NCBI GenBank assembly: GCA_014905635.1
Contig: JABVCE010000017.1
Span: 62,001 to 126,000 of the forward strand
DNA from: Scenedesmus sp. PABB004
Lineage: Eukaryota
DNA length: 64,000 nucleotides
Reading direction: 5' to 3'
Shown here: one piece after another, positions 1-11,972 of the stretch
Numbering within the stretch: position 1 is the first letter of the stretch
Layout of the letters: every line of letters begins with the position of its first letter
Notes under the pieces: model-generated
The model's database searches: none
What the model was told of the DNA's origin: nothing
Seen by the model: the letters and a program-made list of their open reading frames with translations, nothing else
Program-made: the position numbers and the translations under genes

Positions 1-364
1 CTGCTGAGATGAGACCCCACCAGACTGTAATCTCTCTGACTCCGGTCAAATCCCGGTCCGCTCGAGCAGCGGCGCCGGCGGCGGGCTGCCAGGCGTCGGG
101 CGGCGGCCAGCCCGCGAGCTGCGGGCCGGCCGCGCGCCCCCACACGCCCGCTGCGGCGCGCTGACTCAGGCCCCTCCGCAATCGCTCAGGCCCAGCCGAA
201 GTCGGCTCCTGCCCCCCACGCCAGCCCCTGCCCCCCTAAACCAGCGCCGCCGAGGAAGGAAGGTGATGTAAAAAGAAGGGGGCGCGTCGCGGCGCCGGGC
301 GCGTGTGCGCCGTGGTGGCGACGCGCCGCCGTGGTGGCGGCGCGGTGCGATCCTAGAGACCCAC

Positions 365-436
365 CAACTGAGTGCTTTCAATTGAAAGCACTTGGTTGCA
401 ACCGAGTGCTTTCAAGTTGGCGCTGCCAACTTGAAG
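365..436. repeat. Chain of overlapping palindromes
   Basis: Perfect 22-bp palindrome AGTGCTTTCAATTGAAAGCACT, overlapped by TTGAAAGCACTTGGTTG/CAACCGAGTGCTTTCAA (1 mismatch), then TTCAAGTTGGC-gct-GCCAACTTGAA. Confidence 0.85.
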
Positions 437-457
437 CGTTGCTAGCTCGTGCTCCTG

Positions 458-846
458 CTATGCCGCGTCGGGCAGGAGGCCGCCCAGCGTGAACATGAGG
501 CCGAGCGCCTGCGGGGCGGCCGGGCCGGGCGGGCGGGGCGGGCGGGGCGGGTCGCGCACGGCGTGTGGCGGCGCCCGGGCCGTCGCCCCGCGCGCGCAGC
601 GGTCGACACCACAGGCGCGCCCCGCGCCGCGCCGCGCCGCGCCCCGCAGCGCCCGCGCCCCGCAGCGCCCGCGCCCGCGCCCGCGCCCGCGCCCTGCGCG
701 CCGCGCCGCGCCTGTGCGAGCAGGACTGAGAGCAGGGCGATTGGCGCGACGCGGCGCACCACCTTGCCCTCGCCCACGCCCTGCAGGTTGAGCAGCACCG
801 TGGCCGACTGCGGGGCGGGAGGGAGAGAGGGGTGCGGGCGTCGCAC

Positions 847-877
<31 letters not shown>

Positions 878-3727
878 ACGCGGCGGCGCGGGCGAGCCAG
901 GCGCGGGCCAGGGGGGCGAGCCCGTCAGCGCCGGCGCACCAGGATGTTTGAGAGGCAGAGCATCTTGCCGGCGCAGGAGCCGGCCACCTGCGCGCGGCGC
1001 GCGCGCCGCGTGTCGGCACAGGCGCGAGCGCGGGCCCCGCGGGCAACGCAGCCCCGTCCGCCCTCCCCCTGCTCGGCCGCGCGCGGGCCCACCTGCACCG
1101 CGAGAATGCCGCTGACGGGCACGCCCACCGCGGCGGCGGCGACCTGCGGCGCGCGGCCGGCGGCGCGGGTTCAGTGCTTGCCGCGTGCTGTGTGTGCCCT
1201 CACACGTTGAACCCCATGCCCTGCCTTTAAACAAGCCGAGCCCCATGCGCGCGCGCGCACGCCGCGCACCTTCTGCACGCCGCCGGTCATCATGTTGCCC
1301 GCGAGGACGCTGCCGCTCACAAACGACCCGAGCGCGCCGACAAAGCCCGACGCAGCGAGGAAGCCGCGCCCGAGCCAAGCACTGAGGTAGTAGCCGACCT
1401 GCCGGCGGGCGCAGGGTTTAGGGTTGAGGCGGGCGGGCAGGGTTTAGGGCGGGCGGGCGGGCGGGCGAGGGGCGCGGCGGCGGCCGCCGGCCGCGCCGGG
1501 GGCGGCCGGGAGCCGGCCGGCGCCCGCGGGCGCCGCGGCGCGCCGGGGCTGTGGCGGCGGGCGGTCGCACCAGATAGGCTGGCGAGCCGGTGCCGCCGGC
1601 CGAGGTGAGCTCGGACAGCACCATCGCGCCGAGCACCGCCGACGCGGCGCCTGCGGGCGGCGCGGCGCGGCGGGCGGCCGGGCTGAATTCTTTGCAGCCG
1701 TGCCACGCACAGCGTGGCGGCGGGGGCTTGCGCAAAGCAGGCATGCCGCGCCGAGGAGGGGGGCGGCGGCGGCGGCGGCGCCAGTCGCGCGCGCGGCGCG
1801 GCGCGGCGCGGCGCACCGCGCGTCTTGCGCCACGCGTGCGCAAAGGGCGTCGCCCAGCCGAGCCCCCCGGCCGCGAGGTCGCGGCGGTGGAGGGCGATCG
1901 TCGCGAGCGCGGCGGGCACAAAGGGCAGGAGGGCGGGGACGTACAGGGTCTGGTACTGCCAGTTAACGCCCTCGAGGCCGAGCACGCCGCGCAGCTGCAG
2001 CACGAGCGCGGCGCTCACGCGCAGCGTGCCGAGGCTGCCCAGGCGCACGGCCAGCGCGGGCGACGCGCTGCGGTCCGCGGGCCGCGGGGCGCGGGCGGGG
2101 CGGGGGCGGGCGGGGGTGGGCGGGGCGGGGCGGGGCGGGACGCAGCGCGGCGCGCGCGTCGCCCCCTGCTGCGCGTCGCGCCAGCGCGGCCACACGCGCG
2201 CGCACCTCTGCAGGGCAGCCTGGATGCGCAGCGCCGGGATGCGCGTCACCAGCAGCAGCAGCAGCGTGAGCCAGAGCGGGAGCGTGCGGCACAGCGCCTC
2301 GCCGAGCGCCGCGCCGGGCGGGCCGCCGCGGCCGGCGCGCCAGGGCGGGCAGCGCCAGCAGGCGCAGCAGCCGCAGCCGCGCCCGCCCTCGCCGCGCTCC
2401 AGGTCGGGCTGCGCCAGCTCCCCCTCCGCCTTGCGCAGAGGCGGCGGCGGCGGCGCCGCCAGCCCGCGCGCTGCCACGCGCTGGAGACGCCGCTCAGCGC
2501 GGCGTGGTGGATCGTCGCGCCGCTCAGCGCGGCGGTGAGCGCGCCCGCGTCTTCCCAGTGCTCGCAGCCCAGCGCGTCGCCGGCGGCGGCGGCCGCCGCC
2601 GCCGCGCCGGCGTCGCCCGGCGCGGACGCCGCCGCGGCGCGCGCCCAGTAGGAGGCCGGCGCGCTCACGGTCGCGAGGCTGCTGAGCGCGTCGACGACGT
2701 CGGCTGGCTCCGGCGCCGGCGCCGCCGCGGCGGGGCAGGGCCGCACGAGCACGACGGCGGCGTCGCTGCCCTCGCTGCTGCCCTCGCTCGCGCCCTCGCT
2801 GCCGTGGCCGCTGCCGCCGTCGGCGGCGGGCGCCGCGGCGGCGCGGGGGTGCCGCGCGCGCGCCGCCGCGAGCGCCGCGGCCGCGGCGGCGAGCTCGGTG
2901 TCGCGCGCCGCGCCGGCAGCCGCAAAGCTCGCCAGCAGCGCCGCGCGGCTGCCGGGCCTGCCGACCGCGGCCGCCAGCTGCGCCACGAGGCCGTCCAGGG
3001 CGCGCGCGCGCGGCGAGGCGGCGTCCTGCTTGTCGCCGGCGCGCGCCGCGGCGGGCCAGGGCTGCGCGCCGTGCGCAGCAGGGGCGCGGCGCGGCGGCAG
3101 GCCGACGTTAAAATAGATCAGCAGCGTGGTGCCGACGACGCCGGTGACGCCGCCTGCGGCGGGCGCGAATGGGCGCGTGGGCACGTGAACGGGCGCAGGC
3201 GGGCGGGCATGCGGCTGCGCGCGCGCGCGGCGGGCACGCCCCGTCGCGCGCGCGTCTATCGCAGAGGACGTGGCTCGGCCCTGAGCTCACCGAGGAGCAC
3301 CGGGAACTCAGCGTTGACCGCGGCGACCGCCGCGGTCGGCAGCACCGCGCTCGCGATGCTCAACACGACAAAGGCCCAGCCCGACGCGAGCGCGCGCCAG
3401 GGGACCAAGAAGGAGGCGGCCAGGGGCGCGATGACAAAGCTGGTCGCGCCGACGATGACCGCCGACTTGAGCCCGACCAACAGGATGGTCGCGTGGGAGA
3501 GGCCTGGGCGTCGGCCACGTGGGGGGGGGGGGGGGGGGCGAGAGGGCGGAGAGGGGCGGGGCGGGCGGGCGCGTGAGCGCGCGGCGCGCGGCGCGCGGGC
3601 GGGGGCGCGCGGGCGAGTGTGCGCGCGGGCGGGCGCGCGCGCGCACCGAGCGAGCCGAGGCCAAACCAGACCGCCATGCCGACGGAGCCGAGGTGGCTGG
3701 CCAGGGTGTTGAGCACTGCGCGCGCGC

Positions 3728-3764
<37 letters not shown>

Positions 3765-4679
3765 GGCGGCGGCAGCGGCGAGGCGGTCAGGTCAGCACGG
3801 AAGGGCAGCCGGCGCGGGCAGGGCCACCGCGCGCGGGCCGCGCCGCGGGCCGCGCCGCGGGCCACGCACCCAGCACGGCGAGCAGCGACCGCAGCGGGTC
3901 GTGCCCCAGGCTCGCCAGCATCGGCGCGGCGAGGGCGATGGGTGTGTTGAATCCGCCCACGCCTGCGAGGGGCGGCGCGGCAGGGGAGGGAGGGCCCGGG
4001 CGGGGCGGCGTGAGCCTCGGGCGCGGCCGCAGCGCGGGCACGCGAGGTGGCCCGCCGTGCGAGCAGCCCCGAGCAGACCCCGTGGCCGTCTCCTTGAACA
4101 TTTAAACACCAACTGAAGCAGTGAGTCACGGAGCCGCACCTGAGACCATGTACGCAAAGGCCCAGGCGATGAGGAAGACCTCTGCGAGCGGCTGCCCCGC
4201 CGACAGGGACTTGACCGCGGCCATCATCCACGGCAGGCACTGGCCGGCGGCGGGGGACACGGCAGGCGGCGGAGCGTCGGCGGCCGGGGCGCGGCCGCGG
4301 CCGCCGTGGGAGCCGCCCGCCGCCGCCCGCAGAGGGCGCGCGCGCGCGCGGGCCGACGCGCCGCGCGCCGCCGCCGCCGCACCGCAGTGTGGTGCATCGC
4401 TTCGAAAACCAAAATGGCGCAGTATATGACGCTCAGCGGCGTGGCGGCCTCGAGCAGGCCCTTGATCCCCGCGGCCGCGACGAGCAGCGGCGGCGACGCG
4501 AGCGCGACGAGCCGCACGGCCGCGAGCAGCGCGGCCGCGGCGGGCAGCGCCGTGCCGCTCGGCAGCGCCAGGCGACGCACGAGGCAGACCGCGAGCAGGA
4601 AGGCGACGGGGGCCAGGCAGAGCAGCACCGACGCGGCGGCGCCCCATGGCGTGGCGTCGGGGGGCGCCGCCGCCGGCAT
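458..4679 (-). CDS. L-lactate permease (LctP/GlcA family) transporter, multi-exon
   Basis: Hydrophobic exons join into LctP-like motifs: MPAAAPPDATPWGAAASVLLCLAPVAFLL..., VFLIAWAFAYMVS|GVGGFNTPIALAAPMLASLGHDPL (cf. bacterial EGAAGFGTP..AAPLL..LGF.P), LNTLASHLGSVGMAVWFG, AEFPVLLG, GSATTS, VAGSCAGKMLCLSNI, GEGKVVRR. Ends LGGLLPDAA* at 458. Confidence 0.8.
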
Positions 4680-5045
4680 CAGCGCGCGCGTCGCCTGCGT
4701 GGCGCGCGGCGGGCGGCGGCAGAGGTCGCGGGGGCCGCGCGGCTGCTCGTGCGCCCTGGCCGGGCTGTGGAACGGCTCAGGGGCCGGCGCACGGGCGCGC
4801 GGGCGGGCCGGGCGCTGGGCGAGCGCCTGCTGCCGCGCGCTGCAGACGTGTCGCGCCGCGTTCCGCAACCGCCGCGCCCGCCTGCCGTCCAACGCATCCG
4901 AAACGCCATGCTGAGCACCGAGGGCCGCGCACCATGCCGGCTCGGGCCCCAGCGGCGCTGCACGCGGCCGGGCGTGCGCGCTCCTAGCAGACGAGACGCC
5001 TGGCTGCCACGCCGGCTCTGGCAGCATTCACGCGCGCTGTGGGGT

Positions 5046-7942
5046 CTAGTGGTAGCCTGGGAGCACGCCGCACGCGTTGCTGGCGACGCCGGGACCGACC
5101 GCTGCAATCGCGACCCTGGCGCGCCTCGGCGGCCGCCTGCCGCAGCGTGCGCTGGCCACGGGAGCTTCAGCTGAGCTGTGGGTACCTCGTGCGTTGGTGA
5201 CGGCGGCTGCGGCGGCGCGAGCGGGCCGGGCGAAACACCCGCTGTTGCGGGTCTCGGGCGCGAGCAATCCCGGGGCGGGGCGGGCTGGGGGCGGTTCACG
5301 GCGTTGTTGGGTACGCGAAACTGGCTTCGGCGCCGGGCGGGCATCAATTTCGAAAGATTCCAGGTCACAGGCGGTCACAGAACCGCGCACGGTCAAACCC
5401 AGTCGCCGTTCGGCGCCCGCCGGCCAGCAGCCTCGGCAGCTGAGCCCGGCCAACCCCCGGGCACGCCCCAGCCCCTGTTGCAGCGTCACGCGCGCCGCTC
5501 CCGCTTCCGCGCGCCTGCAAGCGCCCTGGGCAGTCGCCGTGCCGCGCCCGCGTGCGCGCCTGCGGCGCCGCCTGATGCGCGCCGGGCGGCCGGCCGCGCA
5601 GCGCCTCATTCGCGCGCCCCGCCAGCGCTGCTGCTCCTCCCCGCTGCGCAGCGCGTCCCACTCAAACCACGGCACCACCACCAGCGCGTAGTCCCGCGCC
5701 GCCAGCGCCCGGTTCCTGCGCGCGCGGCGGCAGTGACGGCAGGCGGGCGGGCAGCGTGTGAGCGGGGCCTGCATGCCGGCGCGCGAGTGCGGGCTGGCCA
5801 GCGCAGCCCAGCCGCGGCAGCGCCCGCACCTGAACAGCGTCTCCCCCATGAGGCCGCGGCCGGGCGTCCTGAAGTGCGTGGGCCCGTCCGCCTCCACCGC
5901 CAGCCGCGCGCCGCCCGCCGTCGTGGCGGTGATGTCGACCAGGCAGGCGCCGTCCGGCGCCGCCAGCTGCTCCATCGCCGGCGGCGCCGCCCACTTCAGC
6001 GGCAGGCGCTGCAGCGCGGCAAACACCTCGCGCTGAAACCGGCTCGGCTGCTGCTTCTGCCTCGCCGCCAGCCCCGCCGCCCACGCCGCGCGGCAGGTCT
6101 GCAGCTGCTGCGGCGCCAGCGCGCGCCCCAGCCCCGGCCCCCCGCCGCCGCCCGGCAGCTGCAGGCCGCAGTCCGTCGCCCACAGCTGCACCTGGTGCAG
6201 CTGGCGCAGATTCTCAGGTGCCATGCGACCCCACTGCTCGCTGGCGGCGCGCGCCAGCACCGCCAGCTCGCCTGCGCACTGCTGCAGGTCCAGCACCGCC
6301 ACAGCCCAGCAGGTGTTGGCCAGATCCTGCCCTGACCAGCTGGCGCCCGCCTGCACCTGGGTCACCGCCCGCCGCAGCAGCGGGCCCAGCAGCCGCTCGT
6401 CCGCGTGGCCCAGCTGGGCGCAGGCCAGGGCAATGTTGGCAAAGGCTTGAGCGCTGCTGTCCGCCAGCAGCCGCTCCAGCTGAGCCGGCTGCTGCGCCAG
6501 TGCCGCGAGCAGCTGGGACGGCAGGTGGCGCAGCTGCCCACACGCCCACAGCGTGTTGGCCACATCCTGGGGCTTGGTCGTGCCCAGCTGGCGCTCCAGC
6601 GCTGCCAGCAGGTGCTCCAGCTGCGGCTGCGGCACCTCGCAGCCCATGGTGGCCACCGCCCACAGCGTGCTGGCCAACTCTTGGGGCTTGGCCGCGCCCG
6701 GCTGCCGCTCCAGCGCCGCCAGCAACTGCTCAAGCTGCCGCTGCGGCACTGCGCGGCCCATGCTCGCCACCGCCCACAGCACGTTGGACACAGCCTGGGG
6801 CGAGGCTGCACCCAGTTGCCGCTCCAGCGCCGCCAGCAGCTGCTCCAGCTGTGGCCGCGGCACTCCGCGGCCCATTTTGGCCACCGCCCACAGCGTGTTG
6901 GCCAGCTCTTGAGGCTTGGCTGCGCCCAGCTGGCGCTCCAGCGCTGCCAGCAGGTGCTCCAGATGTGCCTGCGGCACCTCGTAGCCCATGGTGGCCACCG
7001 CCCACAGCGAGTTGGCCAGCTCTTGAGGCTTGGCCACGCGCAGCTGCTGCTCCAGCACCGCCAGCAGCTGCTCCAGCTGCCGCTGCGGCACCTCACGACC
7101 CATTCGAGCCACCGCCCACAGCGTGTTGGCCACGTCCTGGGGCTTGATCGCGCCCAGCTGCCGCTCCAGCGCCGTCAGGAGCCGCTGCACGTCGCCCTGC
7201 TCCAGCGCCACGCCAGCCGTGGCCGCGCCGTGCGCTGCGCTGGCCAGGTCCTGGGCGTTGGCGCCGCGCAGCTGCTCAGGGGCCAGGAGCCGCGCCAGGC
7301 AGGTCCGGAGCAGCGGCCCGTCGTAGCCGCACACGCCGGCCGCCCACACCACGTTGGACAGCCCCCGGCAGTGACACGCCTGCAGGAGCGCCGGCTGCAG
7401 CAGCTGCTCCTCCACGCGCCGCAGCAGCTGCTGCGCCACGGCCCGGTCGCCGCTGGTGCGGATGACGCCGCGCCGCACCCACTGTCCCAGCTGCATGGCG
7501 GTCGCCGCCAGGTGGATGTGGTCGAGGCTGCCCGCGTGCTCCACCAGCTGCTGCAGCTCCGCGAGGGTGGCGGCTTCCTTCATGGCCGCCATGAGCGCGC
7601 CGCGGACCTGCGCAGGCCCCCGAGCACAGCGTCAGGGTCGGCACGCGCCGGCTGCCCCTGCGCACGACCACGCACACGCACCTGGCCGCCGGCGCCGGGC
7701 GCTGCTGCTCTGCGCCGCCAGTCCGGGCCGTCGTCCGGCGGCGCTGCCCCGCGCCGCCAGTCCGGGCAGTCGGCCCAGCCGTCCCGCGGCCAACCGCCCT
7801 CGTGCCGCGGCCCGCCCGACGCGAGACCGCCGCCGCGCCCGGGGTCGCCCGCGCCGCCACCGCTGCCGCCGTCGGTGGGAGCCCAACGCTGGGCCGGGGC
7901 CGGGTCGCCCCCTGGCGGAGCCTGCTCGGCGCGCCGCCACAT
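5046..7942 (-). CDS. Octotricopeptide-repeat (OPR) protein with C-terminal RAP domain, copy A
   Basis: Tandem 38-aa repeats (KPQELANTLWAVAxMG..VP..QLEQLLAALERQLG) and RAP motifs AVEADGPTHF and RNRALAARDYALVVVPWFEW. An upstream exon starting MWRRAEQ splices in frame. The true stop after the RAP domain is uncertain. Confidence 0.88.
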
Positions 7943-8134
7943 CGCACCGCCGCCCTGCGCCGCTGCTGGCTGCTGCTGCCGCCGCGCTCGCCGTGCCGCG
8001 CTGGCTCGGTGGCGCGCTGGAGCGGCGGGCGCGTGTGTGCGGTGTCGGAGGCGTTGGCGGAGGCGCCCCTGCAGGCGCAGCAGTCACAGAGCCGCGGTTC
8101 GACACGCGCGACGACCAGCGGTCTGCCGGCACGC
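5621..8134 (-). repeat. Inverted duplication 1, left arm (pairs with ~11973-14496)
   Basis: ORF translations are identical in the core (6218-7147 vs 12971-13900). Similarity extends through the introns and upstream sequence. Confidence 0.92.
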
Positions 8135-8402
8135 GCGCGCCGCTCCTCGCCAGGTGACACCGCTGCTGCTCGACCGCGGAGCCAGCTCGCACCAAGTGCT
8201 GCCCGCCAGAGCACGCGCCCGCGTTAGCATCAGCGAGCAAACCGCCCCCTCCTGTCGCGCTCGCCCGCCCGCGCGCCTCGGATCTGCTCTGTCCCGCTAG
8301 ATCTATCTCTCGGCCTCCCCCCGCGCCCGCGCGGCAGGCTCCCTGCACGCCGCGGCGCCGGCGGCAGGCGGCGTGATTGCCGCGCGCCCGCCCGCGGCGC
8401 GC

Positions 8403-8930
8403 ATGGAGGCGCTCCCGGGCCCCGCGGGCGGCGTGGAGCTGGCGGAGCGGCCGGCTGAGGCGGGCGAGGCAGGCAGCCCCGCCGCGGCGGCTCGCAAGCG
8501 CCAGGCGCTCGCCGCCGCTGCCGCTGCTGCCGGCGCCGGCGACGGCGGCGCGCCAGCCGCGGCCAACGGCGGCGCCGCCGCCGCGCCCGACGGCGACGCC
8601 GACGGCGACGCCGACGGCGCGGCCGCGCAACCTGCCAAGCGGCGGCGGTCGGCAGCGGGCAGCGGTGGGCAGCAGCGTCGCCACGGCTCGGACCACTCGC
8701 ACATTCGCCGCCACCACGCCGCGGACGACGACGGCGACGACGGCGCCGCCGGGGAGGAGGAGCAGCAGCAGCAGCAGCAGCAGCCGGGGCAGCCGGGTGG
8801 TGGCGGCGGCGGCGCGAACGGCCGCCCGGCGGCTGGGAGCAGCCCGGGCAAGCCGCGCGGCGGCCGCGGCGCGGCGGGCAAGCAGCAGCAGGAGCACCAG
8901 CAGCCAGACCAGCAGGAGCAGCAGCCAGAC

Positions 8931-8983
<53 letters not shown>

Positions 8984-9346
8984 CGGCAAGCGCGGCAAGC
9001 AGGTGCGCGGCGCGCGGCGGCCCCGCGCGCGGCGCCCGCCCCGCGCCGCCGCCGCCCCGCGCCCCCGCCGTCGCCGTCGCCGCCCCCCTCGCAAACGCCG
9101 CGCGCGTCGCCCGCGCGCCGCCGCGCGGGCGCCGCCGCCGCAGGCCAAGCAGCTGCTGAGCTTCACCGATGATGACATGCAGGCCGACGATGACGGCGGC
9201 GGCGGTGCCGCCGCGGCGGCGCCCGCGCCCGCCGACGTGCTCGCGGGCGAGCACGGCGGCGGCCTCGGCGCCGCCACGGCGGCGCGGTTCCGGCAGGACG
9301 CCAAGGCGGCCGCCGCGGCGCGCATCAGCTACCACAAGCCCCGCCC

Positions 9347-9381
<35 letters not shown>

Positions 9382-11787
9382 TGCTGGTGGACGACGACGC
9401 CGAGCCCGGCGGCGGCCTCGGCGCCGCCGCCGACCTCGGACAGATCCACTTTGGCTTTGCCTCGGTGCGCCGCCGCCGCCGCCGCGCCAGAGCCGCGGCG
9501 CCGCGGGGCGGCTGCGTCGCGCGGCCGCCGCGCGGGCGCGCGGGGGCCCTCGGCCGCGCCGGCGCGGCGCGCGTCACGCGCCCGCGCCGCCGCCCGCCCG
9601 CCCGCTGTGTGCCCCGCAGGCGCGCGGGCATCGGCCCTACATGGAGGACCGGCACACCATCATCGCAGCGCTAAACCCCGCGGCCGCGGCCGGCGCGGCG
9701 GCGGGCCTCGACGCGGCCGCGCGTGCGCCCGGCGGCGCCGAGGCCGCCGCCGCCGCGGCCGCCGCGGCCGCGGGCGCGGCGGCGTCGGGCCTGCACGCCG
9801 ACGGCGTGCCGCGCAGCTACGCTGCAATCTTCGACGGCCACAACGGCGCCGGCGCGGCGGAGACCGCGGGTCCGCGCGCGCGCCCCGCGCGGGGCGTTGC
9901 GGCGGCGGCGGGGTCCGAGCGCGCCCGCCGACGACGCCGCCCCGCCGCCGCCGCCGCCGACGCCGCCGCCGCGCCCGCCGCCGCGCCCTCTGCGCCCGCC
10001 GCGCCCGCCGCAGCGAGCAAGCTGCACCTGCTGCTCGCGGCGCACCCGGCGCTGCGGCAGTACCGGGGCGAGCACGGCCCGCCCGCGGCGGTGCGCGCGG
10101 AGGAGGCGGCGGTCGCGGGCGCGCTCAAGGCGGCGTTCCGGCAGGTGCGGCGGCGCGGTCTGTGTGGCGCGAGCTCTCTCTGCTTGTGCGGTTGGGCGGG
10201 GGCGTCGGGCGCGTCGGCCGCGGCGGCGGCGCCGTGGGGCTTGCGCTCGCCCCGCGCCCGCGCGCTCGCGGCTTGTGCCCGCGCCGCGCGTCGTCATGAG
10301 TCATCAACCAAACACCACGCCCCCCTCTCCCCTACCACCACGCACGCCCCCCGCCGCAGGTGGACGACGCCGTGCTGGCGACCGCGCGGCGCGACGGCAC
10401 GCGCGACGGCGCGACCGCGCTCGTGCTGCTGCGCCTCGGAGCGACGCTCTACGCCGCGCACGCGGGTGAGGGGCTTGCCCCTGCACAGCGCTTCATCGCG
10501 GGCTGTGTGCTTTGTTCGGCCGCAGCACGGCGCGCGGGCGCCTCGACCTCACGCCCGCGCCTGCCCGCCTCCCCACACACCTCAGGCGACAGCCGCGCGG
10601 TGCTGTGCCGCGACGGCGCCGCGCTGCGCCTGACGGAGGACCACAAGCCGCAGCTGCCGCTCGAAAAGGCCCGCATCGAGCAGGCCGGCGGCCGGGTGCG
10701 CGCGCGGCGGCGGCGGGGCGCTGCGACTCAGGGAGCAGGGCGGAGGGGGCCTAGGAGCAGGAGTTGAGCCGGCGCCGCGCGCGCGGCCGCTGCCGTCGAG
10801 CCGCCGCTTGAACCGCGCCGCGCGCCGCGCAGGTCGACTTCCAGCGCTGCTGGCGCGTCGTGGTCGAGCCACGCGACGGCCGGCCGGGCAGCGGCCTCGC
10901 CGTCAGCAGGTGCGGCGGCGCGGCACTCGCGCGGCGCGGGGCGCTCGCGCGAGCGCGGGCCAGGCGCGCGAGCCGACCAACCATCACGTTGTGACGCCCC
11001 GTGTGACTGTTACTAACGCGTTTCTAACGCGCCAGGTCCCTCGGCGACCTCGACTTCAAGGAGCCGGCGCGCTTTGTGGAGTGCGAGCCAGACGTGAGTG
11101 CGCTGTATTTGAATTCGAATTCAGGGGAGAGGGGGAGCTGGGCTGGCAGCAGGCGGCGCGGCGGCGCGCTTGCAGCAGGGGGGCTGCTGGGCGTCGGCGC
11201 TGCGCGCGCCACGCACGCACGCAACGCGCGCGCGCGCCCCGCCCCGTCGCGGCGCGGCGCAGGTGCGGCGCGTGGAGCTGCAGCCGGCGCGGGACGCGTT
11301 TGTAGTGCTGGCGAGCGACGGGCTGTGGGACGTGATGAGCGACACCGACGCCGTGTCGGTCGCGGCGGCCGCGTTCCAGGTGCGTGCGTGGGGTTTAGGG
11401 GCGGAGTGAAGCAATTGAGGGGCGCCGGGGCCGCGCGGCCGCGGCCGCAGCCGCGGGGCCTGCGCGCCGGCGGGGGCAGCGCGCCGGCGTGACGCGCCGT
11501 CGCCGCCGCCGCCGGCGCCGTGCGCGCAGGCGTTTGCGGCAGAGCAGCGCGGCAAGCTCGGCGGCGGCGGCGCGGCGCCGCCGCCCGGCAGCCCCGGCGC
11601 GGCAGGCGCGCGCTCGCCGCGGGGCGGCGGCGGCGGCGGGGCGCCGCCGCCCGCGGCGCTGCCGCCGGGGCTGCTCTTTGGAGAGCGCGCGGCCGCGGCG
11701 GCGGCGGAGGGCCTGCTGGGGGAGGCGATGCGGCGCGGCACGCTGGACAACGTGACGGTCGTGGTCATGCTGCTGCAGTGGGGCTGA
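8403..11787 (+). CDS. Protein phosphatase 2C (PPM family) with Q/G-rich N-terminal extension, multi-exon
   Basis: Motifs in order: [92 protein letters not shown] at 11785-11787. Confidence 0.93.
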
Positions 11788-11972
11788 TTGCGACAGCCAG
11801 GCGCGCGCACGTGCGCGCGTGAGAGAGCGAGAGAGCCGCACCGGCGCGGCGGCGGCCTGCAGGCGCCGCGCGCGAGCGGCGCGCGCCGGCGTGTAACTGG
11901 TGCGCGAGCGAGCGCGTGCGCAGTGCCAGGTGAGAGCGAGATCGAGCACCTGGGGGCCTGGCGAGGCGCGAG

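Noticed and set aside
1..66. tRNA-like fragment (GACTGTAATC...GGTCAAATCCCGG)
   Set aside because: T-loop lacks the GTTC consensus, no convincing D-arm or acceptor stem, and it is cut by the window edge.
6405..8300. Long antisense ORFs over the OPR genes, and other R/A/P/G-rich ORFs
   Set aside because: Shadow ORFs caused by extreme GC content, with no recognisable motifs.
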